Shown piece by piece: positions 51,720 through 64,000 of a DNA stretch of 64,000 nucleotides (position 1 is the stretch's first letter; the number at the start of each line of letters is the position of its first letter). The stretch covers positions 214,582,001 through 214,646,000 of the forward strand of contig OX597815.1 of NCBI GenBank assembly GCA_951406725.2, given 5' to 3'. Position numbers and translations under genes: made by a program. Origin of the DNA: Octopus vulgaris. Lineage: Eukaryota. The notes under the pieces were generated by a model that did no database searches, was not told the DNA's origin, and saw nothing but the letters and a program-made list of their open reading frames with translations.

Positions 51720-51960
51720 ATCATCTTTATTATCATCCTCATTGTTTTAATGCCTTCCATCTTTTGTACATCTGCCACATTCAGTACCCATATCTCATTA
51801 CCATGCAGCTTTGGACCTTGTACAAGAACATAGTGCAATCCATCCTTCACTCTGTGAGAGAATTCCTTTGTTGCAAGTAGAATAACAGATCCCTACACTG
51901 CACTTATTCTGACTACCAGACATGCAGAACACTCCTCTCTGCTACTAATTAGTTCGTGCA
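51720..51960 (-). pseudogene. Decayed RTE ORF fragment
   Basis: LHGNEIWVLNVADVQKME resembles the RTE LYGSETW motif region. Confidence 0.55.
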
Positions 51961-52025
51961 GGTAAGAGAAGCTATCTGCTGTTTTTGAGGAGCCTTCTAA
52001 AACATTTGAGAGTATTTAGTTCATA

Positions 52026-52289
52026 GGTGCAAGCATGGCTGTGTGGTTAAGAAGCTTGTTTACCAGACACTTGGTTTCAGGTTCAATTACACTGTGTAGC
52101 ACCTTGGGCAAGTGTCTTCTACTACAGCCCCAGGTTGGCCAAAGTCTTGTGGGTAGATTTGTTTGACGGAAAATGAAAGAAACCTATTATATATATATGT
52201 ATGTATGCATATGTATATGTATGTATGTATGTATGTATGTATCTATATCTATATATGTATGTATGTATGTATATGTATGTATGTATATG

Positions 52290-52320
<31 letters not shown>

Positions 52321-52592
52321 GTGTATATATATATGTGTGTGTCTGTGTGCACATATATATGTATATATAAATACATGCATATATATATAAATATATATAC
52401 ACACACACACACATAATATGTGCATATGTGGTGTTGGCTTATTTGCATCCTTGTAGCTTAACAGCTCACCAAAGGAGACCAATAGAATAAATACCATATT
52501 TAAAAAAATAAGTACTGTGTTTGATTTGTTTATCTAAGCACTTGAAGGCAGTGCTCCAGTATGACCATGATCTAATGATTGAAACAAATAAA
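52026..52592 (+). mobile_element. SINE family A with expanded internal microsatellite
   Basis: Head 52026-52185, microsatellite to about 52425, 3' domain to 52592. Confidence 0.8.
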
Positions 52593-53242
52593 TGATAAAT
52601 GAAAAGTGGTTCTTTATAGTGTTGACCCTTGAAGTCCAGTATTTCATACTGTCAAGTTTGCACAAGATATTTTAGGATCAAGTCTCAAAGAAAAGAGGCT
52701 TTTGCTCAAGAGTAATGAAGTCTAATGATCTAGAATTACCAATATTCTGTCAATTCTTATATTCACCAGAAATTTTGTAAATAAATTTCTTGCTAGAGGT
52801 AGCTCTTTTATGCATTGATTTTTGTCTTTAGTGATATTTCTCAGAAGATGATTTCTGTGTGTGTTGTCCAAAGTGTGTCGAATTTGTGGCTAAAAGCAAT
52901 ACAGTCGTCTCTAGTATAATTTGTGATGTGTTCTGTGTAGTTTATGTCAAAGAACTATGTTTCATGTCGTTTTCTCTTTCATTCTTTTTATCATCACTGG
53001 ACTATAGCCACCCTGGGGCACTGCTTTCAAGGATTTTAGTCAATTATATCAATATGTTTACCTCCCCCTTCCCATAATACTGGTCTTATTGATCTGTACT
53101 TATTGAATATTTGTGTTAGACTTTTGTATCTCTTTTAGTGACAAGTATTTTTACACACATATACAGACATACACACACATACATGTTCACACATGCACAC
53201 ATACACAAGCATATAGTGTGGAAAATATGCACAGATTATATC

Positions 53243-53630
53243 TTCATCATCATCATCGTTCTTTTAGTCTCTACTTTCCCATGCTTGCATGGCTTGGATA
53301 TAGTTTGTTGAGGCAGATATTCCACAGTCAGATGCCCTCACCTGTTTTCAAGTAACTAATATTCTTCCTTGACCAGACAAGTTTTCACAGAAGATTGGAA
53401 ATGAACGACACAGCTTGTATGACAGTGGAACTTATTTACCACTATCACATGATATCAAGACAAGGAGACAGTAACACACACACACAACTGGCTTCTTTTA
53501 TTTTCTATCTATCAAATCCACATTCACTCACAATGGCTTGTTGGCCTGGGCCAAGGTGCCACACAGTAGGACTGAATCTGAAACCATAGGGCTGAGAACC
53601 AAACTCCTTACCATACAGCCATGTCTGCAC
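53243..53630 (-). mobile_element. SINE family C (RTE tail)
   Basis: (CAT)n plus RTE-like tail at left, family A head at right. Confidence 0.65.
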
Positions 53631-54260
53631 TTTCACTGCAGTAAATTCTAGATGTTTTCTAGTACTGTATTGGATTTGCTGGGCCTTTAGCTTATAAGTA
53701 GTCAATGTTGTTTCCTGAATTTTAGCCAGAGAGACACACAAAGAAATTACAGTTCAATTGTATTTCATAAGGCTTTTAATTTTATATCCATTAGTTTTTA
53801 CCCTGGGTGCAATAGTTGGAGCCACATTTTCTTGGAATAATAAATAATAATATCACCAGTGAAAGAATAACATCGTATCTAAGGAGAGATTAGTCTCATT
53901 ACTTTAACATCATAAAATCTTAGTGATAAGTACATTTGGTACAAGCCACTCTGATCCATTATAGGATTAAGGATTATGAATTTTGTTGATTTCTGTAGAA
54001 TTTACATGCAGTCTACAACTTAGAGTTAATTAGACCAATAAAAATAAAAAGTTTCCATGGAACAATATTCTTAGTAGTTTTTAGAGACTATTTTGTTTGG
54101 CAAAGGTTTATGTTCCAGTCAATTACAGATTCTCAAAGTTTTCCACTTTCAGCTGCATTTCACTGCAGGATCCAGTCTGGAAATCAAAGCTATGTTCTTG
54201 CAATCATGAGTCCAATATCCTTAGGGTGCACTACTCCTCCCTGCTTCTAGGTTAAGAACA

Positions 54261-54646
54261 ACTCTTTTACTCTTTTACTTGTTTCAGTCATTTGACTGTG
54301 GCCATGCTGGGGCACCGCCTTTAGTTGAGCAAATCGACCCCAGGACTTATTCTTTGTAAGCCTAGTACTTATTCTATCAGTCTCTTTCGCCGAATTGCTA
54401 AGTTACGGGGATGTAAACACTCCATCATCGGTTGTCAAGCGATGTTGGGGTGACAAACACACACACTTATATATACATATATGCGATGGGCTTCTTTTAG
54501 TTTCCATCTACCAAATCCACTCACAAGGCTTTGGTAGGCCCGAAACTATAGTAGAAGACACTTGCCCAAGGTTCCATGCAATGGGACTGAACCCGGAACC
54601 ATGTGGTTGGTAAGTAAGCTACTTACCACCCAGCCACTCCTACGCC
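54261..54646 (-). mobile_element. SINE family A, full length
   Basis: Close reverse-complement match to the reference copy. Confidence 0.9.
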
Positions 54647-55021
54647 TAACGTTAACTGCTAAAGTTAACTCTAATCTTACTATATCAAGCATATTATGGA
54701 GTCCCCTGTCGTTAATGACATTGAAAAGATTCATCAAGGAATTGCTGAACAACCTGTACAGATGATTAAATGTTTGTGTTGCACATCAGCTCACTCCCTT
54801 CATTAAATCGGCATTGTTTGTATGGGTACACAATGTGCCACATGTCAGACGTCAAAGCAATCACAGAGTTATGTGGGATGATTTACAAATGATTTTCTGA
54901 GAACACAATGCAACATCCAGTCTGAAAATCAAAACCATGATCTCATGTTGATGAGCACAACACCTTAACCACTAGGCCACATTCTTTCACTATCCATTAC
55001 ACATATGCTCCACATATTCTG

Positions 55022-55357
55022 AGATCCCCTTCGGTCAGACACTGACCATGGGATTGCACCTAGAAAGTTTTCCTCTCAGGCACAAGTCTGGACAAGGTTG
55101 TTTATGGAAGACCAGCAGTCGCCCATGCATACCAGCCTCCTCTCTCCACGCCACCAGTGTTATCCAAGGGAAAGACAAAGGTCGATACAGCTTGGCGCCT
55201 GTGATGTCACAACTCATTTCTACAGCTGAGTGAACTGGAGCAACGTGAAGTAAAGTGTCTTGCTCAAGAACACAACACACAGCCCGGTCCGGGATTCGAG
55301 CTCACAACCTCACGATCGTAAGCTCGACACTCTAACCACTGAGTCATATGCCTTCAC
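55022..55357 (-). mobile_element. tRNA-derived SINE family D, near full length
   Basis: Minus strand TGACTCAGTGG (A box)...GAGCTCGAATCCC (B box)...TGTGTTCTTGAGCAAGACACTT; 3' fragment of the same family at 34807-34955 (+). Confidence 0.85.
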
Positions 55358-55781
55358 ATATATGAAACATACATTAACACTTAAAACAGTACAATAAAGA
55401 GAAGGACAACAAATAGTTTTTTTTTAGTACAATATAATTGTGTCTATTTCATTGAGAAATCAATCAATGTTTCTTTTTATAGTTAATTCTCAATATTCCC
55501 TGATTCCCTTTTCATCGAATTCTATTCTCACCTTGGGCTGAGGTTTTGTTGTAAGCTTCTGTTTGGTCTTCTGAGAGATTTTCTTTCTGTAATATTTTTC
55601 CCTTTTGTTTTATGCATAGGTAATTTCCAACTTGAAAGATGCTAGCCATAGATCTGATTGATTTAGAAACAGACTTGTCTGGTTCTTTTCATCAAGCTTT
55701 TGTTAAATTTCATTGTTCCCTCTAGGACTTGGTAATATATGTGTGTGTGTGTCTATATGTGAGTTTTATATATATATATAC

Positions 55782-55845
<64 letters not shown>

Positions 55846-56414
55846 ATGTAAGTTGGCCTTTCTTGCTCTTATATGTACACACACACACGTCACACATACA
55901 TATTAATTTATATATTGCTTTGATGTTTATGCACATATGTATTTAATATGTGTGGGCGTGTGCGTACATGCGATTAGCAAAACTCTTAAGCCAGTATTTA
56001 GATATTTTAGCCAGTAGCCAAAGATTTAATTATTTCCAGACCTCTTTGTAAGATACCCCCACCACACACACATACACACAAATACACACACAAATTTGTT
56101 GCTGTAGCAAGGGTGGTTAATATGTCTGGGACAGCAGTGTTATACTAAGTACTTTATGGTATTTAGTGTCATCCATCGAAGTCCAAGTTCAAACATATAA
56201 AGGTATGTGTGTAGGGGAGGGGGTTGTATTTATAAGTATAGTCACAAACAGTTTTGTAGTTGAAAACGTCCACTTTGCAACCACATAGTTTTTAGTGTAA
56301 ATCCATTATCAATGTCTTCTCTCATTGGCCCTAATCAGGTAATGCATTGTGAGCTAATTCCATCAATGGAAGCTATGTGGAAGCCCGTTGTGTGTGTGTG
56401 TATCTATGTGTATG

Positions 56415-56463
<49 letters not shown>

Positions 56464-56748
56464 GTATGTATATGTATGTATACATATGTGTGTATGTGCA
56501 TCTTTATTTGTCTTTTTATCACTTGAGAAATGGTATTGGCCTCTCTGTGTCCCTGATACTTAGCAGTTCAATAAACAGAAACCATTAAATAAATACCAGA
56601 CTTGAAATATGTACTAAGGTCACTTTGGTTGACTTAACCCTTCAAGGCAGTGCCCCAGTATGACCACACCCCAGTGGCTAAAAACCGAACAAAGAATAAG
56701 GCATCTTACATATACATATGTATATTTGTGTGTGTGTGCATACATACA

Positions 56749-57300
56749 TGGTGGCTGCCCCCTCGTTATCGTGTATGGCCATTGCATGAAGCTTAATCAA
56801 TGTTGTTATCGTGCAATGGCTGTGCAAAAAGTTTTTTTAAAGTGAGGAAAGGCTGTGCACTGAGTCAATCCCACTCACTATGCAACAGCAGCCATAATCC
56901 GAAAAGAAGAACAAGTCAACATCATCGGTAACCACTGAGCCGCAGGTTTTATGTTGGAGTTATCCCAGTTACCTGAGTTACCTGCTCCTAGAAGGATGCC
57001 CTAACAAAGGCTAGGAGTCCTTCACTCCCAATGGTTTAACCACGCGATTGGGTATTCAGTCCGATTATTTCTATGTCCCCGCGCATGATACAGCCTTAAG
57101 ACATTTATTGGATGGCCATTGACTCTCAAGAGTTCCTCCGCCCTTTGACGGGTTTTGTTTTTCATCCTGCAGGGTGTCCAATAAATACCCTCCTCACCAA
57201 GCAAGCTTGGTGGGGTTGCCGGTTTAGTCGCCGACGACCCAACCATGCAACAGGTTGTACTGGGTTACATGTTACCGGTAGCACTCGAAAGTGACCTGAC
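56749..57300 (-). mobile_element. Bipartite non-autonomous RTE-derived element (structured 5' end plus RTE-type 3' end)
   Basis: GC-rich 550-bp island between microsatellites; minus-strand 3' end GGCCATACACGATAACGAGGGGCAGCC (AIHDNEGQP) then (ATGT)n resembles RTE termini. Confidence 0.6.
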
Positions 57301-57927
57301 ATATATATATATATACACACACACACATATATATGTGGTCCTTGTTAGTGTATATGTTTCCATTCATGAGCGTTATCTAAGTATTAGAGCTTTTTAGCTG
57401 TTATTTCTAGCAATGTAAGTGTTTTTTAACACCTTAGTCACATTTAGTAACAATTATAGTTCTCCTTTTTGGTGAAATATTGCAACCTGCTGTTTATATT
57501 AATTTTGTGTATACACACACACACACATGTAATATATATATATATATATCATTGTTGCTATCATAATCATTGTTTACCATTCATTTTCTATTCTGGCATG
57601 ATTTCTATGACTGAATGCCCTTTCTGATGCCAACTACTTTACAGAGTATATACTGGGTGCTTTCTATGTGGCACCAGCACTAGTGAAGTCACCAAGAACT
57701 CACAAGACACGTTCCTTGTCAATATATTGTTGTACATTGATAGAAATATTCTACCAGTAAGCACATTCTCTTGAGATCTGCTCCAATTCTGGTTTTGTAG
57801 CTACTGATTTATCAGGATTTTAATATTGCACTAATGTGACCTCTTTGGTGATTCCTATTTCTCCAGCTGATATTCTATGTTGTGTTGTTGATCTTCATTC
57901 TGTCTGTGTGTATGTGTATTCTTGTTT

Positions 57928-58130
57928 GCGGTGAGCTGGCAGAATTGTTAGCACACCGGGTGAAATGCTTAGCAGTATTTTGTCTATCGTTAAGTTCTGA
58001 GTTCAAATCCTTCCAAGGTCAACTTTGCCTTTCATCCTTTCAGGGTCGATAAAATTAGTACCAGTTATGCACTGGGGTTGATGTAATTGACTTCCCCAAA
58101 TTTGAAGCCTTGTGTTTCCAGTAGAAAGAA
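57928..58130 (+). mobile_element. SINE family B
   Basis: GCGGTGAGCTGGCAGAAT...GAGTTCAAAT...CTTTGCCTTTCATCCTTTCAGGGTCGAT. Confidence 0.85.
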
Positions 58131-58199
58131 TACTTGTGTTTTCATTTGCAAGAGCAAAAACAAGCAAATGAAACTAAAAACAATAAAAGTATGGTGGTA

Positions 58200-58565
58200 T
58201 CGGCATAGCTGTGTGGCTAGAATTTTCTCTGTAACCATATGGCTTTGGGTTCCATCCTACTGTGTGAACCCTTGGGCAAGTGTCTTCTACAATAGCTCGG
58301 GGCTGACCAAATACTTATGAGTGGATTTGGTAGACGGAAGCTGAAAGAAGTCCATCGTGTGTGTGTGTGCCCCTCCCACTACCACTTGGCAACCAGAGTC
58401 AGTTTGTTTATGTCTACGTAAGCTAGAATTGTGGCAAAAGAAACTAATAGAATGAGTCCCTGGCATAAAAATACAAAGAATTACTGAGGTTGATTTCTTC
58501 AGCCTAACTCTTCAAGACAGTGCTCCAGTATGGCCACACTCCAAAGACTGACATAAGTAAAAAAA
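58200..58565 (+). mobile_element. SINE family A, diverged
   Basis: Head, core and 3' domain recognisable. Confidence 0.75.
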
Positions 58566-58984
58566 AAATAAAAAGATGTACCAAAAACAAAACAACAACC
58601 CAACAACATATGGGTGCTGGTTGATGGTGTAATGTGCATGGGTTTCCCAGGGATGTAGTGAGGGATTTCTGAGATGTTAGACTGCAGTGGTGCTGGGAGT
58701 GAGGTGCACTTCTGCCAATATATGTGTTTCTATGGCAACTGTGACACTCCCTAAGTTCAACCGTACAGGTTTCAGCATGTGATTCAGATCAAAAGTCTTG
58801 TAAAACAAATTAGAAAAAGAAATATGTTTGTGTATGTGTTCATGTGTGTACATGCATGCATGCGTGTGTGTGTGTGTAGATGTACATGTAAATGTGTGTT
58901 TATACAAATATTTGTATATAGATGCATGTATATATATTTATGCATTTATATGTATAGATATGCATATCCAAATATGCGTGTATA

Positions 58985-59020
<36 letters not shown>

Positions 59021-59200
59021 GTGTGTTTGTATGTATGAACATGTAAGCATGTATGAATATATGTATGTATAGCTCTCTCTCTTTTTCTCTCTATCTTCTT
59101 GGTGGTCCTGTGGGTAGGCACATATGCAGCCAACCACATTGAAGATCTTGGGCAGGGTTCAATCTCACCCAGATTCTGCATTAACTTCTCTCTCTTTCTT

Positions 59201-59244
<44 letters not shown>

Positions 59245-59484
59245 CATGTGTGTGTGTGTATGCCTATGTATATATATGTAGTGTGTGTTTGTAACTGTGT
59301 GAATACTTATATTTTGCTGTGGGCTGAGCTGTGGATACTGTCTTTTGCTCACACATTCCCATTAACAAATCATGTAGCAGCTGTGTGCTTTGAAAGGCAA
59401 GAGAAATAGAAACCTTCCCTACATGAAAATAGTGTTTGGGAGAATATCCATCCATAAAATTATCCTCAATAATATGTATTTGCA

Positions 59485-59697
59485 AGGCAGCAAGCCGGTA
59501 GAATCATTGATATATTGGGCAATATGCTTAGCAGCATTTTGTCCATCTTTACGTTCTGAGTTCAAATTCTGCTGAGGTCAACTTTGCCTTTCATCCTGTT
59601 GGGGTTAATAAAATAAGTACTAGTTGAGCACTGGGGTTGATGTAATTGGCTTGCTCTTCTCCCTTGAAATTGCTGGCCTTGTGCTAAAATTTGAAAC
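59485..59697 (+). mobile_element. SINE family B
   Basis: Same motifs as 57928-58130. Confidence 0.8.
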
Positions 59698-60137
59698 TAA
59701 TGATATGTATTTGTCTAATTCATGTTATCACTGAAAATGAATGAAATTAATTAACTTAATTACCTGCAAATAAATGAAGTAATCAGTGTGATTACTAAAT
59801 TTCAGCTTTGGATCAAGACTTTTTACTAGAAATGCTCCCACCCTGGCAAATATGTAATAATAAAGCAGTAAATTTGAAAAGATACCATGTGATATGATGT
59901 GAATTTTCCAGCATACAATTTGACACAGTCTATAGTTTAAACAATCAAGCATCATCACTAACTCTCCAAATTCTGCTGCATTTCACCTGTTATTTTTGGT
60001 CCTCCAAAGTTGTCTTGGTGTATAAGTTGACCTATTCTTTTTTTTTTTTACTGTAAATTTTGTTCTGAAAAATTAGATTTTTATACTAGAAAATACATTT
60101 ATTTTGTCGGAATTGTTCACCTGATGAAAGCTTATAA

Positions 60138-60357
60138 TTAACCCTTTAGCATTTAGATTACTCTGTCAAATGTATTGCTTATATATTTACATTATCTTGA
60201 ATTATTTGTGCATTATCTGGTAGCTTTCAGATTTTATTGATGGAACTATTTATGTTTAGAATGACAATGTTGGGTAGGTGTGTGTGTGGCCAGTTTTAAC
60301 GTAAAAGATGAAGAATATTTGGGCCAGATGTGGTCTGTTTAAATGTTGAAGCGTTAA
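60138..60357. mobile_element. piggyBac-type MITE
   Basis: TTAA-CCCTTTAGCATTT at left and AAATGTTGAAGCG-TTAA at right; related ends bracket 15998-16795. Confidence 0.6.
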
Positions 60358-60584
60358 GGGTATTATTGTTCACAAAATGTACAGTATAAAAAGTACTGTA
60401 AGGAGATACCAGTTTGAACTGGAAAAACTGGGCAAAGTGTTTTGGTTGAAGAACTAAGCAAAGGCCTTTAGAGGATACAAGTCTGATCATTTTGCACTGA
60501 GCTAACCAGAACAGAAACCATTTCAAATTACAGAAAAGAGAAATGAAAGGACACAGCTTAAAAGTGAGCTGTTGATTGAAGCAT

Positions 60585-61148
60585 GGGATGGAGGCCAGGC
60601 AAAGGGATGGAGGCCAGGCAAAGGGATGGAGGCCAGGCAAAGGGATGGAGGCCAGGCAAGGGGATGGAGGCCAGGCAAAGGGATGGAGGCCAGGCAAAGG
60701 GATGGAGGCCAGGCAAAGGGATGGAGGCCAGGCAAGGGGATGGAGGCCAGGCAAAGGGATGGAGGCCAGGCAAAGGGATGGAGGCCAGGCAAAGGGATGG
60801 AGGCCAGGCAAAGGGATGGAGGCCAGGCAAAGGGATGGAGGCCAGGCAAAGGGATGGAGGCCAGGCAAAGGGATGGAGGCCAGGCAAAGGGATGGAGGCC
60901 AGGCAAAGGGATGGAGGCCAGGCAAAGGGTTGGAGGCCAGGCAAAGGGATGGAGGCCAGGCAAAGGGATGGAGGCCAGGCAAAGGGTTGGAGGCCAGGCA
61001 AAGGGATGGAGGCCAGGCAAGGGGATGGAGGCCAGGGAAAGGGTTGGAGGCCAGGCAAAGGGATGGAGGCCAGGCAAAGGGATGGAGGCCAGGCAAAGGG
61101 ATGGAGGCCAGGCAAAGGGTTGGAGGCCAGGCAAAGGGATGGAGGCAA
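60585..61148. repeat. 19-bp G-rich minisatellite, about 29.6 copies
   Basis: Unit GGGATGGAGGCCAGGCAAA with rare single-base variants. Confidence 0.98.
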
Positions 61149-61327
61149 GTACAGGATCGGGAATCATTTCATACCTAGGCTGCACAGAAAGAATAAATTC
61201 TTTATTCATTTGTATTCTATTGACTATCACAATCTGCTGGGTGTTTTGGCATTATATATATATATATTATATGTGAAATAATTAAATCATGTATTATTCA
61301 CTTTATTGTGTTTTGTTATGCACATAA

Positions 61328-61398
61328 CCCCCCAATCCATGGAAAAATTGTCTCGCATAAAACCAGTCTTTGGTACAGAAAATAGCTGGGTACCACTG
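61328..61398 (+). mobile_element. hAT/Charlie (MER1-like) terminal fragment
   Basis: CCCCCAATCCATGGAAAAATTGTCT...AAACCAGTCTTTGGTACAGAAAATAGCTGGGTACCACTG resembles the MER1/Charlie3 right end from memory. Confidence 0.5.
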
Positions 61399-61841
61399 GA
61401 TTAATGGATGTCAGTGCTTAAAGTGTTTGCCTCGCAAACTGATGGCTTTCATTTGTCTATTATATGGAATGTGTAAAATCTGAATTTGATTTGATTTTAT
61501 TGGTTGTTATAAGACATATGTGAGCACATGCAAACATACACACATGTAAAATGAAGCTCTGATTACCGAGTCTTATCTACATCTATTGTTGATTCATGTT
61601 TAGTTAGCCAATGTAACAGACTGAATAGACTTTTCAGCTAACATCCTATGGATATAATCTTCTTGTTATGTAACTGTTCTCTTATTTCCTTTCTTTTATT
61701 ATTCTTTTTTTTTTCATTTTAAACAAAGGGCTAATTCATGTAAACTATGAATGAAAAGAATAGCTGATGTATTAAAATGATTGCCCTTATTATTATTGTT
61801 GTTGCTGCTGTTGTTCATGTTACTACTACTACTACTACTAC

Positions 61842-61886
<45 letters not shown>

Positions 61887-62223
61887 TGATACCATTATCC
61901 TCATCATCATCATCATTATTAGTATTGCAAAAGTCAGTACTATCAATTTACGTCATATCCTGACAGACTGTGTGGACACACATATCATATCCTTGTTAAT
62001 ACCCAGATGGATACACATATACACATAATATATACTTGCAACCCCTTAGCTTTTCACAACTACACAATCCTTTGCATTGTGGCATAACCATAAATATAGA
62101 ACCTATACATATGAGTACACATGGTAACAGAAGTGGCTGTGTGGTTTATATGTTTGGTTTTGCTTTTGCAACCACTTGATCTGAGGTTCAATTCTCTGTA
62201 CAACCCTTTGGCCATGTGTAAGC

Positions 62224-62743
62224 TCTATATATAAAAGGCTGGATGTGTGTGTGTGTGTATACATGAATGTAATTTATGCGCATCCACATGTCGCTCCAAT
62301 TTTAGGAGAACATTCATTATGACCCTAGCTGTATTGTTGTCAGCTTATTTTTCCCAGAGGCACCATTGAATAGTAGTAAAAATAAATTTCCAACCAAAAC
62401 TTTTAACAATTTTCAAGTCGGAGAAATCACCATTGTTTGCAAACTGGAGTTAAGTCCCCTTCTAGCAATGAGTAAGTTTTTGTTAAGATTTTTGGTGTTT
62501 TTTTTTCCATCGAGGAAATAAGTGTTTTGTTGATATATGGGCAACACACATACGAACATGTATGCGTACAAAAAACATGTATGCAATAGGTGTATGTACG
62601 TACATGTGCATGTGTGTTGCCATATATATATATATATAAACCAATTTCAACGGATTTTGTTACTTAGTTTGGTTTGGAATAAAGAACTTGATTAGCTTAA
62701 TAATCCTAACTTAATCCCGGGCAAAGCCAGGTTATACTGCTAG
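62224..62743 (+). mobile_element. Non-autonomous Helitron inserted in a family A SINE
   Basis: TCTATATATAAAAGG start; CCCGGGCAAAGCCAGG hairpin then CTAG|T end; SINE head at 62123-62222 resumes at 62744. Confidence 0.8.
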
Positions 62744-63277
62744 TCTACAATAAACTTAAGTGGTTCAATGACTGGTATGTGGAATATGGCTGACAGAAAA
62801 CTCTGTAGAATCCCATGGCATGTGTGTGTGTGTGTGTGTGTGTGTACATAAATGCATAGTGTTGTGATACAGTTGCCAGAAAACTTATAAAACAGGACAT
62901 GCAAACTAGAAAGTAACTTGTGGTATTTAATGCATCCCAATTGCACAGATGCTCCATTGTCATTTTTGTTACCAGAAACACTAGGAATCAGTGATTGACC
63001 CCTTCACCCCCACTTTGGAAACCTATAATCAATGTTGCTTTTGTTCCCATATAAAATACAAAATAAACCTGCATACTGATATATTCATGGAAATTTATGC
63101 TGAAACTATCTTATGTACATGAATTAATAGATATTCACTGTGGAGAAGTCAGCTGGGCAAAAGAGGTGAGAAGCCTGCTCCTCCTTCTACATAAATACAT
63201 TGCTTAGTTTCCATCTTTGCTCAACGTGAGGCAGTGATAGAAGACTCTTGTCCCAACTGCTAAATTTCTCTGTCGTG

Positions 63278-63390
63278 TACTTACTTTCTTGTACTTGTGA
63301 CGGCATTCACCCAGGGTGGGTTGAGCCGGCTTCTTCTCTGGTCCAGACAGCATCACGAACCATGGTGGCTCACACTCGACTGTCTCCGTG
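63278..63390 (-). mobile_element. RTE 3' terminus (same family as 10185-10480)
   Basis: Minus strand GAAGCCGGCTCAACCCACCCTGGGTGAATGCCGTCACAAGTACAAG. Confidence 0.75.
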
Positions 63391-64000
63391 TCATGGCATT
63401 AATATAAATTGACAATTTGCATCACTAGAAGGAGGAGGTGGAGGAGAAGAAGAAGAAGAAGAAGGTGGTGATGGTGATGTGATGGTGATGCATTCTATGA
63501 ATTTCTTCCAAGCTGTAACTGTTTTCTGTCTATAAAAAAATGTCTAGCGTCATTTCATTTAGAAAATGTTTAATTAATATTTTCAGAATGAAATGGTGCC
63601 ATATATGGTTACCTCAGACTGGAAGTTTTAAGAACATTGTAATAAGTAAACAACAACAAAAATTAAATATGTGTATTCTATGCATCTTCTTTCTTATTCT
63701 TTAATTTCAAATTGAAACTTCTAATTCCACCAAATATTATGAAGAAACGATTATCTTCCTTGTATTAACTTCTTCTAAGTGATACTAGAAATTTTATTGT
63801 GTTTTTTTTTTCCAATAATACCTTCTGGTTGGTGATCATATTTTCTGTCTGTTCTGAATGATTGCAAATTTCCTACTAACTTTCCAAGGCATCTCTTACC
63901 TCAGCCCCACTTTACCAATTGTTTAATATTTTTTTGTGCCAATGATGTATATAATATTGCTGATACTTTTATTTACATGGCCACGTATCCAACACTTGCC

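Noticed and set aside
55280-55357. tRNA gene on the minus strand
   Set aside because: A and B boxes are present but acceptor and anticodon stems pair poorly and it runs directly into a SINE body.
60585-61148. CRISPR-like array (also considered for 36790-36899)
   Set aside because: Units are contiguous with no unique spacers, no cas genes, and the context is eukaryotic.
60296-61281. Six long ORFs (196-266 aa) with repetitive peptides
   Set aside because: All frames are open only because the 19-bp unit has no stop; flanks do not look coding.

Overview
This is AT-rich eukaryotic non-coding DNA (intergenic or inside a very large intron). The dense (TA)n/(CA)n/(TACA)n microsatellites and the SINE families look like an octopod cephalopod genome (Octopus-like); that assignment comes from recalled repeat families, not a search. 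I find no supportable host gene, tRNA, rRNA or CRISPR array, and nearly all ORFs in the track are microsatellite or SINE read-throughs. Recognisable content: (1) dozens of tRNA-derived SINEs in 3-4 families; (2) many RTE-clade LINE fragments and 3' tails; (3) a decayed, internally inverted mariner transposase; (4) a decayed Gypsy integrase region split by a Helitron, a MITE and SINE sequence; (5) three non-autonomous Helitrons with TC...hairpin-CTAG ends; (6) several MITEs; (7) a 19-bp G-rich minisatellite. The most interesting layer is cryptic RNA structure: short Penelope-like elements carrying minimal hammerhead-ribozyme cores (some as long palindromes, one cluster with three cores) and a bipartite RTE-derived element whose 5' end folds like an HDV-type ribozyme. 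These belong to known classes; I see no evidence for a new protein-coding system. Coordinates were read by eye and may be off by a few bases.
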